Below are positions 10,729 to 21,192 of a stretch of DNA of 52,643 nt, piece after piece. Every line of letters begins with the position of its first letter. The stretch's first letter is position 1. The DNA comes from a virus (Duplodnaviria > Heunggongvirae > Uroviricota > Caudoviricetes > Crassvirales), in the IMG/VR virus record IMGVR_UViG_3300027816_000067, positions 72,322 through 124,964 of that record, one strand, 5' to 3'. The notes under the pieces were generated by a model. The model searched no databases, was not told where the DNA came from, and saw only the letters and a program-made list of their open reading frames with translations. Position numbers and translations under genes: made by a program.

Positions 10729-13700
10729 TTATAATTCAGCTTTACGTATCTTTACACCAAAATCGTATAAATATAATGAATTTTGTGTTAAATCCAAGTT
10801 AGGTGCATTATCGTACTTAAATCTTACTTTAGCATATACACCTACTAATGGTTTCTTTTTATACACGTCTGCATTTGCATCCTTCATTTTATTAAAGTTC
10901 CATGTATTATGCGCTGCTCTAGTATTTCCAGGATTATTAAAATCACTATGAGGTTGTATTACAATTTCTCCTGTTTGTTGATAATTTGTTTCTAGTTGTA
11001 TATGAGAAATAGTTTTATCTCTTATTAACTGGTTATTACTATCAAACATTTCACTAGTCCAAAATGTATTAAAGAATATTTTATCATCTTGTTGATAATC
11101 ATTAAATACCAAATCAATATAGGATGGTTGAACACTATTACCAAAATACTTACAGATAGTTCCTTCTACATTAAATTGATGTATCTTATTATCTTTAAAT
11201 CCAAAGAAAGTCTTATTGTTAAAAAACATATAATCAGGAGTATAATCGTGATACCCTACCCACTGTTGATCGGACAAAGAGAAAGAAATAGTAAAAGGAT
11301 TAGTATTAGATTTTTTACTGAATATTAATCTTTTAAACATAGGATCATAACAAGTCATAATACCTTGACCTGTAATGGGGTTATCTGGAAATGTATTATC
11401 TATTAAGCAATTATCTCTAAAGAAATTAAACATTCCAAAATTAGATATTTCCTGAACACCATTTGGTCCAATTATAAATACTCTTCCTGTATTTTGATCT
11501 AACCAACTATATCCACCTAAAAAAGAACAACAACCAAATATATTTTGTACTCCTAAATAACCTAACCTAGAAGGAATAGGTTCTTTTGGTTCTTGTGAAA
11601 ATATATCGCCAGCACCTAAAAATACTTCTGTAGAATCAAAACTAAGTCTATTTGCTCCAATAGTCCTAAATAAACCATATCTATGATGAATTAACAATAC
11701 ATCATCTAATACTGCAAGATTAACAATTTCTCCTCTATTTCTATTCTTATCATAAAAATCATTAGATAAAAATGTTTTCCATGAATTTAATCCTGTAAAA
11801 TTAGTGCCAGCTACACCACTACGAATAACTCTAAACGGAAATTTATTAGTTACCTGATTAACTTTATTAGGATTATATATTAATGCTTGATTAATATAAT
11901 TAGTTTCTTTATAATCACTTTTAAAACCTGATGTATCGTAAGTATCACTTCCAAAATTAAATTGTATTCTTCTATCGTCTGACTTTAGATAAAAATTAGA
12001 AGCATTAGTTTTTGGATAATATTTTGTATTTTCATTTCCATCTACCTCATATCTTAATCTAGTATTGTACCTACTTTCACAAATATGATACCTTATTGTC
12101 ATTGCTCTAGCTTTATTATTAGTTATATCACTTGGTCTAGCGCTAGTACTACCTACGTGCATTTTTGTAATAGGTCCAATAAATCTATCACCGTAACCAA
12201 TATGATTTTTAGTATATAGTGGTGGAGCTACTGTACCATCTAATAAAGGAGAACAAATTGTTAAAATTTGTTGATCGTATAAACTATGAACATTAGACTT
12301 TACTTGACATAAAGAATATAAGTACGTCTCTTCAATAAAGTCTGTTGGAGTAGGTTCATTACCTTGTATTAAACCAGTTGGAATAAAAGTAATACCCAAT
12401 TTAGTATCATAGTTAATACGTTTAAAACTAAAATTTGGAGGGTTACCTTCATTCATTCTTTCATATAATGTACTTTTTAAATAGATAGATTCACCACTTC
12501 GTAAATTATATTTATTGCCGTCTAATACACCATTTGCTAAATATCTAAATTCGGTTACTGGAAAAGTACTAAGAGTATTAATCATAACATGATCAGGAAA
12601 CTCTCTTTTAACTCCAGAAACAACACCAGGAACTTTTATAGGTCTATTTATGTAATCTAAGAGATATATAAAACCACTATTATCTGGAGAAACTACATCA
12701 CCTCTTGAATCTCTGCTTCCAAAATATCTATACCTTGCTTCTAATCTAAGGTATAATTGAGAAGTAGATAATTGTGGTTTATCTTTAAGTAAATCTCTTA
12801 TGTGTGACCTAATACTATTAAACTCAATAGATTGAACACGTGTACCATCATAAGATGACTCATTATTATATGCGGTATCCCACTCTATATTATCCGTTAC
12901 TGTTGGATTTTTAGCACTAAATTGTAATAAATCTAATCCATAATTAATACAATCTTCATAATCTTTTTTAGCATAACAAATAAAATAACCTGAAAATTTA
13001 CCTTGCATTTCAACAGGAATTGCAGGTATATACGTGTCAATACCTAAAATATCTAATTGAGATTTTAAATATTCGGGATTACTATTGTAATGTCTAGTTC
13101 TACATTCTTGATAACTAGGAAATACGTGATGTCTTACTCGTTGACCACCTAAACCACCAGGCCAATTAGGAGGATACTCTTCATTTTCATTCTCCCAATA
13201 ACCCATATTTGAGTAAAAAGACTGGTTAGGACTTATAGTAGTTCCGGCTGGAGTAAGAACAGTAGTATAAGTAGTATCGCTTTGATTAGTTGTATCTCTT
13301 ATTTGGTATCTTTTAGCTGCAATACCACCTACAGTAATATTAGCTAAAGGATCGGGTTCTCCGGGAATAACTGGTCTACCAGGAATATGATATGCTTTTG
13401 ATAAAGAACCATTATTTAATACAAATACTATATAAAAAGCATAAACTTCTTTATGTCCAAAAGTAGGTAAGTTTTGTGCATTTAAATTATTTGCACTTGT
13501 AATTGTGCTATTATAATAAATTTTTATTTGATTAGCTACTTCTTGAAAATTAAAATCTTCTTGTGTTTCTAAATCTGCAAGATATAGTACATTATGAAGT
13601 TGAGCCATTGCTCCAACTTTTGTATAAATAGGTTTTGAAGTTAATACTTCTTCTAAAGATAAAGTAACTGGTGTTTCTGAACCAATATAAGTAATCGTCA

Positions 13701-14523
13701 TATTTGGTCCAATGATAATTTCTTCTTTAATTTCAAAAGCTGTTTTAACACCATTGATAGTACTAATAGCTACTAAAACAAAACTATTATATGATGTATC
13801 TAAACCAGTTAATTGAATTTGAATAGATTTACCAGTAAAAGAACCAGGAGGAGTACCGTCATATAATGAAACATTACCTGTAATATCTTCAACAACATAT
13901 ACAGAGCTTTGAAATGGACTATAATTTGTAATAGTTCCATCTATATTTTTATATTTAATTGCAAACGTATAGTGTCCTGCTTTTATGCTTCCACCACTGT
14001 TTAATATTGTAGAAACTATGTTTGGGCTTTTAAAAGAAGGAAACAGGTTTAATTTGTTTAAGTCTGTGGCCGTTATAAAAGCTTTTCCAACAGTAAGAGC
14101 AAAACCTAAATTATCAATATTAGCAATTCTTGCTACATTATTTTTATCTGTCCAAGATATTATACGTTGTTTTAAAAAATTGTAATCAAATTCACTTGAT
14201 CTAATAGGATAGTTTTGACTAAAATTTAGTAAATTATCTATAATAATATCAGAATAAACTCCATTAGTTTCTACAACACCTAATCTGTCTTGACCACCAT
14301 TGATTCCATCAGAATAAACAACATAAGAACCATCAGGAAATACAGTTGTTCCAATAGGTTTTGCTGTTGCAAATGGATAACCTGTTGCAGTTACAACAGT
14401 ACCTAGATCGGATGTAATAGCACGTTTTTTCTTATCTTTTAAAATATTACGTGCATCAATCCAAGTTCCTTTTGGTTGATTAAACTCGTTACTATCTTGA
14501 TATAATCCTTTATCGGGTAACAT
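10729..14523 (-). CDS. crAss-like muzzle / tail stabilisation protein (P22 gp10-like), 1264 aa
   Basis: Size, beta-rich composition, N-terminal KGTWIDARNI, C-terminal SYIDLVFND...KIFFNTFW...WNFN; position after ring protein. Confidence 0.8.
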   Translation of the reverse strand: MLPDKGLYQDSNEFNQPKGTWIDARNILKDKKKRAITSDLGTVVTATGYPFATAKPIGTTVFPDGSYVVYSDGINGGQDRLGVVETNGVYSDIIIDNLLNFSQNYPIRSSEFDYNFLKQRIISWTDKNNVARIANIDNLGFALTVGKAFITATDLNKLNLFPSFKSPNIVSTILNSGGSIKAGHYTFAIKYKNIDGTITNYSPFQSSVYVVEDITGNVSLYDGTPPGSFTGKSIQIQLTGLDTSYNSFVLVAISTINGVKTAFEIKEEIIIGPNMTITYIGSETPVTLSLEEVLTSKPIYTKVGAMAQLHNVLYLADLETQEDFNFQEVANQIKIYYNSTITSANNLNAQNLPTFGHKEVYAFYIVFVLNNGSLSKAYHIPGRPVIPGEPDPLANITVGGIAAKRYQIRDTTNQSDTTYTTVLTPAGTTISPNQSFYSNMGYWENENEEYPPNWPGGLGGQRVRHHVFPSYQECRTRHYNSNPEYLKSQLDILGIDTYIPAIPVEMQGKFSGYFICYAKKDYEDCINYGLDLLQFSAKNPTVTDNIEWDTAYNNESSYDGTRVQSIEFNSIRSHIRDLLKDKPQLSTSQLYLRLEARYRYFGSRDSRGDVVSPDNSGFIYLLDYINRPIKVPGVVSGVKREFPDHVMINTLSTFPVTEFRYLANGVLDGNKYNLRSGESIYLKSTLYERMNEGNPPNFSFKRINYDTKLGITFIPTGLIQGNEPTPTDFIEETYLYSLCQVKSNVHSLYDQQILTICSPLLDGTVAPPLYTKNHIGYGDRFIGPITKMHVGSTSARPSDITNNKARAMTIRYHICESRYNTRLRYEVDGNENTKYYPKTNASNFYLKSDDRRIQFNFGSDTYDTSGFKSDYKETNYINQALIYNPNKVNQVTNKFPFRVIRSGVAGTNFTGLNSWKTFLSNDFYDKNRNRGEIVNLAVLDDVLLIHHRYGLFRTIGANRLSFDSTEVFLGAGDIFSQEPKEPIPSRLGYLGVQNIFGCCSFLGGYSWLDQNTGRVFIIGPNGVQEISNFGMFNFFRDNCLIDNTFPDNPITGQGIMTCYDPMFKRLIFSKKSNTNPFTISFSLSDQQWVGYHDYTPDYMFFNNKTFFGFKDNKIHQFNVEGTICKYFGNSVQPSYIDLVFNDYQQDDKIFFNTFWTSEMFDSNNQLIRDKTISHIQLETNYQQTGEIVIQPHSDFNNPGNTRAAHNTWNFNKMKDANADVYKKKPLVGVYAKVRFKYDNAPNLDLTQNSLYLYDFGVKIRKAEL

Positions 14524-15317
14524 TATTCAATATTTGAAGGTTGTTCTAAATTCATAAAAAACTCTTGACCCCACTCATTACCTATTGCAAATCGACTCCA
14601 AGTATTTCTAAATCTTTCGGCTGCATCAATGCTAGGCATTTTAGGAGCATTTTCTGCACGAAGTCTATAAGTTTCCCACATTTGATATGCATCTTTCCAA
14701 GAAAGATCAGGGTGTTTAAATCCTTTTAAAAGCATATTATAAACTACATACCACTCAACTGCCATTTTATAATCAGCATCATCAAGAATACGAGGATAAC
14801 CATTTTTATCTAAGGCAAAACCTACATAATGTAATTTAATCAATCCTTCTGTAAATGATGTATAAATATAGTCTCCATCTAAATTATAATAAGGAGCACC
14901 AGGAGAAATACCTGTTGTCCTTGGATTGTCTTCTGCAAATCCATATCCTGTTTGATCAGAACCTAAAAACATTTTTACACCACGATAAGTACAGTCAGGA
15001 TTATATTCTACTTGAGGAAAAGGAGTAGTGCCGTCGGGATTAAGTAGATTTCTTTCTGAAAAAGCATCAGGTAACAGTTGTTCTATTACTTTAATACGCT
15101 CTACATGACACGGAACTTTTGCTCTATTATTAGTTACTTTAATATAAGGTGGTTCTGTTTGTTTATGTTCAAATCCAGCATGATAACCAATAGCTTGAAT
15201 AGCTAAACCAATATCCTCAATAGCATCACCAATCCAACTTGAATCAGGTGGTCTAAATGTTCTTTGTACTTTGTTTAAAATAGTAGAAACAGAAGTAAGT
15301 TTATGAATGTGAGGCAT
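14523..15317 (-). CDS. crAss-like tail ring / tail tubular protein (P22 gp4-like)
   Basis: Motifs YNLDGDYIYTSFTEGLIKLHY, LDKNGYPRILDD, WETYRLRA; synteny IHF-like - ring - muzzle. Confidence 0.8.
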   Translation of the reverse strand: MPHIHKLTSVSTILNKVQRTFRPPDSSWIGDAIEDIGLAIQAIGYHAGFEHKQTEPPYIKVTNNRAKVPCHVERIKVIEQLLPDAFSERNLLNPDGTTPFPQVEYNPDCTYRGVKMFLGSDQTGYGFAEDNPRTTGISPGAPYYNLDGDYIYTSFTEGLIKLHYVGFALDKNGYPRILDDADYKMAVEWYVVYNMLLKGFKHPDLSWKDAYQMWETYRLRAENAPKMPSIDAAERFRNTWSRFAIGNEWGQEFFMNLEQPSNIE

Positions 15318-15783
15318 ATTCTGCTTGTGGATTTAATTGTACTGCTTTTGCAACTGCTCTTCTATTTCCTGTCATTGGTGTAAACTTATACATTTTACAA
15401 TTCTTAATAAAAGTAGCTGCTTTATCTTTAAACCAAGACCATTTATAATAATCTCCTTCATGGTAAATAAACCATTTTACACCATCAAGTGCAGTAGTTT
15501 TATTAAAAGGAGTAAGTCCACTATCTATTAATTCCTGTTTTCTCTTTTTAGAAGCTCCCCAATTAATACTTTCACCCTTTCTTGCTACACGAAGAACTTT
15601 AAAATATCCTATATTTATTTTAAAATTATATTCGTTAAATATAATTTTATTAGAAACACCTTTATGAAATTCTCTAACTACATCGTAAAAATCTCTATAG
15701 GAACAAGTTTCTTTATTTATTAAACCTTGTTCTATGCAAAGATTATAAATTGATCTAGTATTATATTGACTGTTAGGATTCAT
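15301..15783 (-). CDS. crAss-like IHF/HU-related protein
   Basis: INWGASKKRKQEL...GVKWFIYH...YKWSW...IKNCKMYKFTP resembles the IHF-like gene conserved in crAss-like tail modules. Confidence 0.75.
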   Translation of the reverse strand: MNPNSQYNTRSIYNLCIEQGLINKETCSYRDFYDVVREFHKGVSNKIIFNEYNFKINIGYFKVLRVARKGESINWGASKKRKQELIDSGLTPFNKTTALDGVKWFIYHEGDYYKWSWFKDKAATFIKNCKMYKFTPMTGNRRAVAKAVQLNPQAEYASHS

Positions 15784-16417
15784 TTAATTTAATTTCTTGC
15801 GTTTCTGGTACTTGACGTACTGATCTATATTCTTCAAGAATAAATTGTTTAATAAGACGTTTCATATCATCATCAATATAAACAGCCTCTAAACAAGGTT
15901 TACCTTCACAATTAGTTAAATTTAATAATTCTAATGGATTACCAAATACATCTCTAACATTAATACGTTGTGTAGCACTATTAAAAATATAAATGTATCC
16001 ATCTACATAATCGTAATAAGTATCTGATTTAGTAAATTTATTACCTTCTAATATATTTTTTATAATGTAAGAAGGAGCGTAAGTAAATGCTTTTTCTGCA
16101 TTAGCGGAACCAACAAATAAGAAAGGAGTAGACATATTATTTGTTCTAACTCCAGAAGGAACTCTGTCTATTGTTCTAGATACTTCACACTCTATATCTT
16201 CGTCAATGCAACATTCAACTGCTTTAACTTTCTTTAATTTTAAACAAATTTTTTGCTCGCTACCTCTAGGAAATCTACCATTTTTATCAAACTCTTGTTT
16301 TAAAATAGTTGCTCTATATCCTATAATAGACTGTTTTAATACCTCTAAAAAAGGTAAATCAAATTGTTTATTAAAAATTGTTGCAATTTCTTCTGCAAAT
16401 ACTTTTATTTCAGTCAT
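15773..16417 (-). CDS. crAss-like tail ring protein
   Basis: Cys cluster (VECC...CEVSRT...VP), FLFVGS, YDYVDGYIYIFN, VFGNP motifs; synteny. Confidence 0.75.
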   Translation of the reverse strand: MTEIKVFAEEIATIFNKQFDLPFLEVLKQSIIGYRATILKQEFDKNGRFPRGSEQKICLKLKKVKAVECCIDEDIECEVSRTIDRVPSGVRTNNMSTPFLFVGSANAEKAFTYAPSYIIKNILEGNKFTKSDTYYDYVDGYIYIFNSATQRINVRDVFGNPLELLNLTNCEGKPCLEAVYIDDDMKRLIKQFILEEYRSVRQVPETQEIKLNES

Positions 16418-16788
16418 AGTAATAAAGCAATTACAATAAGTACAGGACTAATAATTTTTAATAACTTATTTTGTCGTTTAAGTTCTTTATTTTCTGATTT
16501 TTTAATATCTACTATCTTATTACTATTAGATTGAATACTGTCTTTGTTTGTGATTATTTTATTATAAATAACACTATCTAATCTATAATTTTTAATAATT
16601 TTATCTTGAGTTAAAATTATAGTATCTTTTTTTGCTATAAGACTATCTTTCTCTAAGCTAATTTTTTTAATAACTTGTAAAGAATCATCTTTTTCTAAAG
16701 ACCATTTTAAAATATTAATATCAACTAAAACTTTCTGACTATAAGTATAATTACTTATTAGTAGAAGTAGAAAAATTATCTTTTTCAT
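16414..16788 (-). CDS. Secreted coiled-coil protein, spanin-like outer partner
   Basis: Signal peptide MKKIIFLLLLISNYTYS-Q, coiled coil, C-terminal hydrophobic tail; overlaps the upstream TM/coiled-coil gene in the lysis cluster. Confidence 0.5.
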   Translation of the reverse strand: MKKIIFLLLLISNYTYSQKVLVDINILKWSLEKDDSLQVIKKISLEKDSLIAKKDTIILTQDKIIKNYRLDSVIYNKIITNKDSIQSNSNKIVDIKKSENKELKRQNKLLKIISPVLIVIALLL

Positions 16789-17128
16789 ATCTTTTTATTA
16801 TTAACAACAGTACTGAATCTGTTGTTAAATGATTATATCTTCCCTTGATATTACTTAACTCCTTAGTCAATAAAACTATTCTATTATTTCGTAACGTAAC
16901 TTCTTTATTAATAGAATCTATTTTAAGAAATAAATTTAACTTATATTTTGCGTTATATGTTAACGAATCTTTTAGTTTATTATTTATTTCTGTTAATTCT
17001 TTATTTTTTTGTTGTAACTCAAAAATAACTGACTCATTGTATTGTTTCTTATTACCCTCTAAGATTAGAGTAGTAATCAGAACGATTATTAAAAATATAA
17101 GTAAACTAACTGCCTTGTTGTTTCCCAT
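16751..17128 (-). CDS. Inner-membrane spanin-like protein
   Basis: Single N-terminal TM (LLIFLIIVLITTLIL) followed by a long coiled coil; lysis cluster. Confidence 0.5.
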   Translation of the reverse strand: MGNNKAVSLLIFLIIVLITTLILEGNKKQYNESVIFELQQKNKELTEINNKLKDSLTYNAKYKLNLFLKIDSINKEVTLRNNRIVLLTKELSNIKGRYNHLTTDSVLLLIIKRYEKDNFSTSTNK

Positions 17129-17435
17129 ACTTTGTTTGAATAAAATTATCTAAATTTTTACTTCCTAAATTTGCAAAGTAGCATAAATCTAAAGACCACC
17201 ATACCTGTTCTCCAACTGATATACCAAAAACACTAATTATAGCTAGTGTAGGAAATAAAGCAAGCCATATAATAGCAGATAATTCTCGTAATTGCCACCA
17301 AGTATCTTTTCCTCGTAAATCATTAATTATATTATTACGCTGCAAAAAATAAATAGCATATATTTGTATTAAACAAGATATTGCTATAAAATATGCAATA
17401 TAATTAGCAAGATTGTCTTTAATTAAATCAATCAT
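17106..17435 (-). CDS. Holin-like membrane protein
   Basis: 109 aa, 2-3 hydrophobic segments, near endolysin. Confidence 0.5.
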   Translation of the reverse strand: MIDLIKDNLANYIAYFIAISCLIQIYAIYFLQRNNIINDLRGKDTWWQLRELSAIIWLALFPTLAIISVFGISVGEQVWWSLDLCYFANLGSKNLDNFIQTKYGKQQGS

Positions 17436-17815
17436 AATAAACCATCAGGAGGCATAATTCCTTTAAGAACAAGATATAAACCTACAAACTGAATAATTAA
17501 TTTAATAAAGTCTTTAGAAACATCAACCATTTCTTGTTTAAATGTTTTCTTTATATTAAAACTAAGGTCTTGTTCTTTATCTTTTTCGTGTATTTCTTTA
17601 ATTTGTACTTTAAGAGTTTCTATCTCTTTTTCTAACTCTTCTTGTTTTTCAAGAACACCTTTGTGTTTATTTTTCTTATCACCATAAATGCCAGTATTCA
17701 TAGTATAAACTAACTCTAGTACCTCGTCTAGTTTTTTACTAACTTCTCCCAAGTCCACTTTTAATTCTTGCATATCTTGTTCTAAACTATCTAAACGTAG
17801 ATCTTCCATAACCAA
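17432..17815 (-). CDS. Coiled-coil protein with C-terminal TM (lysis-associated, holin-like)
   Basis: Heptad repeats then IIQFVGLYLVL. Confidence 0.45.
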   Translation of the reverse strand: MVMEDLRLDSLEQDMQELKVDLGEVSKKLDEVLELVYTMNTGIYGDKKNKHKGVLEKQEELEKEIETLKVQIKEIHEKDKEQDLSFNIKKTFKQEMVDVSKDFIKLIIQFVGLYLVLKGIMPPDGLL

Positions 17816-18255
17816 ATACCGATTAATAATTCAAAAATTTTAATTATACAATTAACAACTGGTACTGTAATCGGTTTATTAAATTTTTTAATTTTTGTAA
17901 ATAATAAACCTATATTTCTTATTGTATTGTCCAATAAGTTATTACCCAGATGAAAAATTCTAGAAAAAGATAGTCTTTCTCTTTGATATGCTACACTAAT
18001 ATTTAATAATATATCAAAAAGGACATGATATATTAATAAAATAGAAAGAAGTAATAGTAAGCTTGTTACTGTTACTCCATAAGTCCTAATTAGTAAAATA
18101 CTAGGAATAATTACACGTAATATTGCATCATATGTATGCCATAGCCTCTGAAATTTTTTATCAGAAGAAATACCATATCTAATAAGCAAACTTTCGTTAG
18201 CTATATTATATATCAGTAAAACTAATACAATTAATATGATTAAATCACTTGTCAT
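17791..18255 (-). CDS. Multi-pass membrane protein of the lysis cluster
   Basis: About 4 hydrophobic segments; WH...FD.LLN pattern. Confidence 0.5.
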   Translation of the reverse strand: MTSDLIILIVLVLLIYNIANESLLIRYGISSDKKFQRLWHTYDAILRVIIPSILLIRTYGVTVTSLLLLLSILLIYHVLFDILLNISVAYQRERLSFSRIFHLGNNLLDNTIRNIGLLFTKIKKFNKPITVPVVNCIIKIFELLIGIWLWKIYV

Positions 18256-18728
18256 TATTGCGTTTTCTTATCTTCTTCTTTTACTAGAAATCCTAATTCT
18301 TCTAATGTAATTTTATTATAAATTGTTAAATCTGCGCCATCAGAAGTAGTAAAGATTTTAAACTTTACAGAAACAGGTTTTTTAAGAAGTTCTCGTAAAT
18401 CTGCTTGACGTTTTTTCTCACCGTCTTTAGTATATACATTTACTTGATATTCTTCTTTAGTATCTACTCCTTTAACTGTTTTAGTTCTTTGCATTGTCTC
18501 TTTTAAGAGTACTTGCTGACCTTTGTCATTTTCATAAGTTGCACAGTTGTCAAGATCAATAACTTGTACTTTTTCGTTATAATCTTCAAACCAAGGTTTC
18601 ATAGAACGAAGTGTTCTAGCTTGCATTTCTCCTCTATGAGTACCCTCTGAAATAGAGATACTGTTAAGAATACTAAATAACTCTAATGCTTTTTCATTAG
18701 TCATTGTTTCTAATTCCTTTTTTTCCAT
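18255..18728 (-). CDS. Hypothetical protein
   Basis: 157-aa ORF abutting the next gene. Confidence 0.6.
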   Translation of the reverse strand: MEKKELETMTNEKALELFSILNSISISEGTHRGEMQARTLRSMKPWFEDYNEKVQVIDLDNCATYENDKGQQVLLKETMQRTKTVKGVDTKEEYQVNVYTKDGEKKRQADLRELLKKPVSVKFKIFTTSDGADLTIYNKITLEELGFLVKEEDKKTQ

Positions 18729-18798
18729 AATATAAAAGTTTTGTGGTTATATAATGCTAATATATTAATTATCAACAAGTTAGCCAAATTTTAACTTA

Positions 18799-19305
18799 TT
18801 AAACTAATTTATCCCAAGTAAAATGATCTTTAGGAACTTTAAAAAACATATCTTTAGCTTCTAATCTAAATTCCCAATGCCATCTTTCACTAGGAACTGT
18901 TCTTACTAATTTATTGTATCTAAAAGCATTTTTAACTAACCATTCATAAGAAGGTAGTGTTCCACCTTTAGGATTAGTTACATTAAAATCATAAGCTATA
19001 CCTGGACCATGATTAGAAAAACCAGGTCTTCCTGTTTCAGGATTAAATAATTTAGGACTTGCAGTTTTAAGATAAATAATGTCATTAACTTTTGTTTTAT
19101 CAATAACATTCCTTTTTCTTAAATCCAACTGTTCAATAGGAGTTCTAATACCTTTTGCAATAGATATATCTACACTATTTTTCTTAGCATCTGCTATTAA
19201 GCTTCTAAGAATAGGAGCATAAATTTTAAGTACTTTGGCGTTTCCAATGTACTCATATTCTGCCATTCCTATACTCTTACCATCTTTCCACAATTCTATC
19301 ATCAT
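18799..19305 (-). CDS. Endolysin, peptidase M15B/C (VanY-like) Zn-peptidase
   Basis: GIRT..EQ, SNHGPGIAYD (SxHxxGxAxD) and ERWH (ExWH) motifs. Confidence 0.85.
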   Translation of the reverse strand: MMIELWKDGKSIGMAEYEYIGNAKVLKIYAPILRSLIADAKKNSVDISIAKGIRTPIEQLDLRKRNVIDKTKVNDIIYLKTASPKLFNPETGRPGFSNHGPGIAYDFNVTNPKGGTLPSYEWLVKNAFRYNKLVRTVPSERWHWEFRLEAKDMFFKVPKDHFTWDKLV

Positions 19306-19733
19306 ACTGGTAACTCTCCATTTGCCTGACGAATTAAAATAACTTCTCTTAAAATACCCCTTGCTAAATCATCTAAACAATCTCCATTACCAACTCCCGG
19401 AAATGTATTAAGTATTTTAGACTCAAAATAAAAAGCTAAAGTTATAGCATTAGGATCAACAGTATCATCCGACAAATAAAGTCTTGTTGTAGAAGATATT
19501 TTACGTTGATTTATCATAAAAGTTTCTTCATAACTTTCTACAGCTTTTCGGGCGCGTTGAGTAGTTCCATTAGGAATTGCATCAGTTGTTTCATCAGTCT
19601 CTTTTAATGTTACAAGATATTGCACAAAAAGAGGATAACCGTCTCGTCCTATTGGCGCAGCAGTCAATTCTAGTATCATTCTTTTTCCTGTAACAGCATC
19701 ATTATTTGTCACTTTAAATTTAACTTGTGCCAT
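19302..19733 (-). CDS. Hypothetical protein (possible fibre-associated)
   Basis: 143-aa ORF, ATGA overlap with endolysin. Confidence 0.55.
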   Translation of the reverse strand: MAQVKFKVTNNDAVTGKRMILELTAAPIGRDGYPLFVQYLVTLKETDETTDAIPNGTTQRARKAVESYEETFMINQRKISSTTRLYLSDDTVDPNAITLAFYFESKILNTFPGVGNGDCLDDLARGILREVILIRQANGELPV

Positions 19734-19744
19734 ATTATTTTAAT

Positions 19745-20977
19745 TTATATAAATCCATAACCATAAGTTCCTCCACTTGCGGAAGGAGGAGGAGGAGGAG
19801 GATAATGTAAAATTTCTACTTCTATAGTATAGTAGTTAGTAATTGAAAAATTAGAGCAAATTATAGCAAGACCTTCTCCTGGTCTTATCATAATACCTTG
19901 TTGTTTTGTACTATATCCATTACCATTTCCTTTATAATTTAACTGTGATGCAAATAAAGCATTTACTCCAACTTGTGTATTTTGAGGAACTAACAATAAA
20001 TTTCTAACCATACCAATTCCTCTTACAAAAATTGTATTTGATAAAGGATAACCTAAATTTTGTATTAGGTCTAAAGATGTAACTACTGCATACTTTGGAC
20101 CGTTATCTTCTATATGATTTTCTCTAACAGATAAAGCTGTTGGTATCGTTGTATCTGATCTTACTTTAATAGGAGTTATTAATCTACCTCCTCGTAAACC
20201 ACCAAATGTTTTTAAAATTCGTACTTTAGGAGAATCTTGTGCTTCACCAGTAATAGAAAAAGGACCAAGTTCAAACATATCTATGGAATTAATAGATATA
20301 TTTCCAGTAGTTCCTGTTCCATTAGCTAGCCCTATTAAAGCTTGTTTACCGGTATCACAAATTACCTCATTTATAAAATAACTATTTCCATTAAATGAAA
20401 AATTAATATTAATATACCAAGCAGCAGCTCTGCTTGGGTTTGCATTATCATTAGGTGTAATAATAAGTGCTTCATTTTCTCGAATTAGAACTTGTTCAAT
20501 ATTTGCATCGCCATGTCCTGCTCTTAATACTGTTGCTGTTCTTGCACTATTTGTTCCTTGTATAGAACCAAACCCAGTTCTATAATTAATATTTGCAAGT
20601 GCTCCTGCTCCTATTGCAGAAAAAGGAGCAACAAAAACTCTTCTTAATAATGTAAAAGTAGCACCAGGAACAGTGTCAGTATGTTTTCTACAAACTACAG
20701 CAGCAGGTAAATTAGGAGCATTAGATCTTAATTTATTAATATTAATATTAAAATACTCATTATCCTCTGGATTAATTAAAGCAGAAAATCCTGGACCATG
20801 ACTAATGCGTTGTATTAAAAATCTACTATCTGTGCCACTAACCATTGCTGGTTTAATAGTAATATTTTTAACTTCAAAATATCTACGTAAATCAGATTCT
20901 TCATTATTAGTTATACTAATTAATGAATCTTCTTGATTTCCAAAAATATTTCTAACAACTTTAAATGTTTCAGCCAT
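19745..20977 (-). CDS. Putative virion structural protein (beta-rich, 410 aa)
   Basis: Beta-strand-rich sequence with poly-Pro C-terminus; downstream of the fibre gene. Confidence 0.45.
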   Translation of the reverse strand: MAETFKVVRNIFGNQEDSLISITNNEESDLRRYFEVKNITIKPAMVSGTDSRFLIQRISHGPGFSALINPEDNEYFNININKLRSNAPNLPAAVVCRKHTDTVPGATFTLLRRVFVAPFSAIGAGALANINYRTGFGSIQGTNSARTATVLRAGHGDANIEQVLIRENEALIITPNDNANPSRAAAWYININFSFNGNSYFINEVICDTGKQALIGLANGTGTTGNISINSIDMFELGPFSITGEAQDSPKVRILKTFGGLRGGRLITPIKVRSDTTIPTALSVRENHIEDNGPKYAVVTSLDLIQNLGYPLSNTIFVRGIGMVRNLLLVPQNTQVGVNALFASQLNYKGNGNGYSTKQQGIMIRPGEGLAIICSNFSITNYYTIEVEILHYPPPPPPSASGGTYGYGFI

Positions 20978-21183
20978 TATTGTTGAATATAATTTAAATC
21001 GCCGTTTCTAAAACATTCTAGTTTATAACCTTTAACTAATTTTTTCTGTTCTTTAGGTTCATCATATTCTCCTAAAATAATCCATTCCTCATTGTAACAA
21101 TTACTACAAGGAATAATTCTAGAATTTTCGTCTTTATCAAATTCTACTATACTTTTATGTCCACATTTACATATAAATTCCAT
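20977..21183 (-). CDS. Small Zn-ribbon protein
   Basis: CKCGH...CSNC motif, 68 aa. Confidence 0.5.
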   Translation of the reverse strand: MEFICKCGHKSIVEFDKDENSRIIPCSNCYNEEWIILGEYDEPKEQKKLVKGYKLECFRNGDLNYIQQ

Positions 21184-21192
21184 AAGATAATT

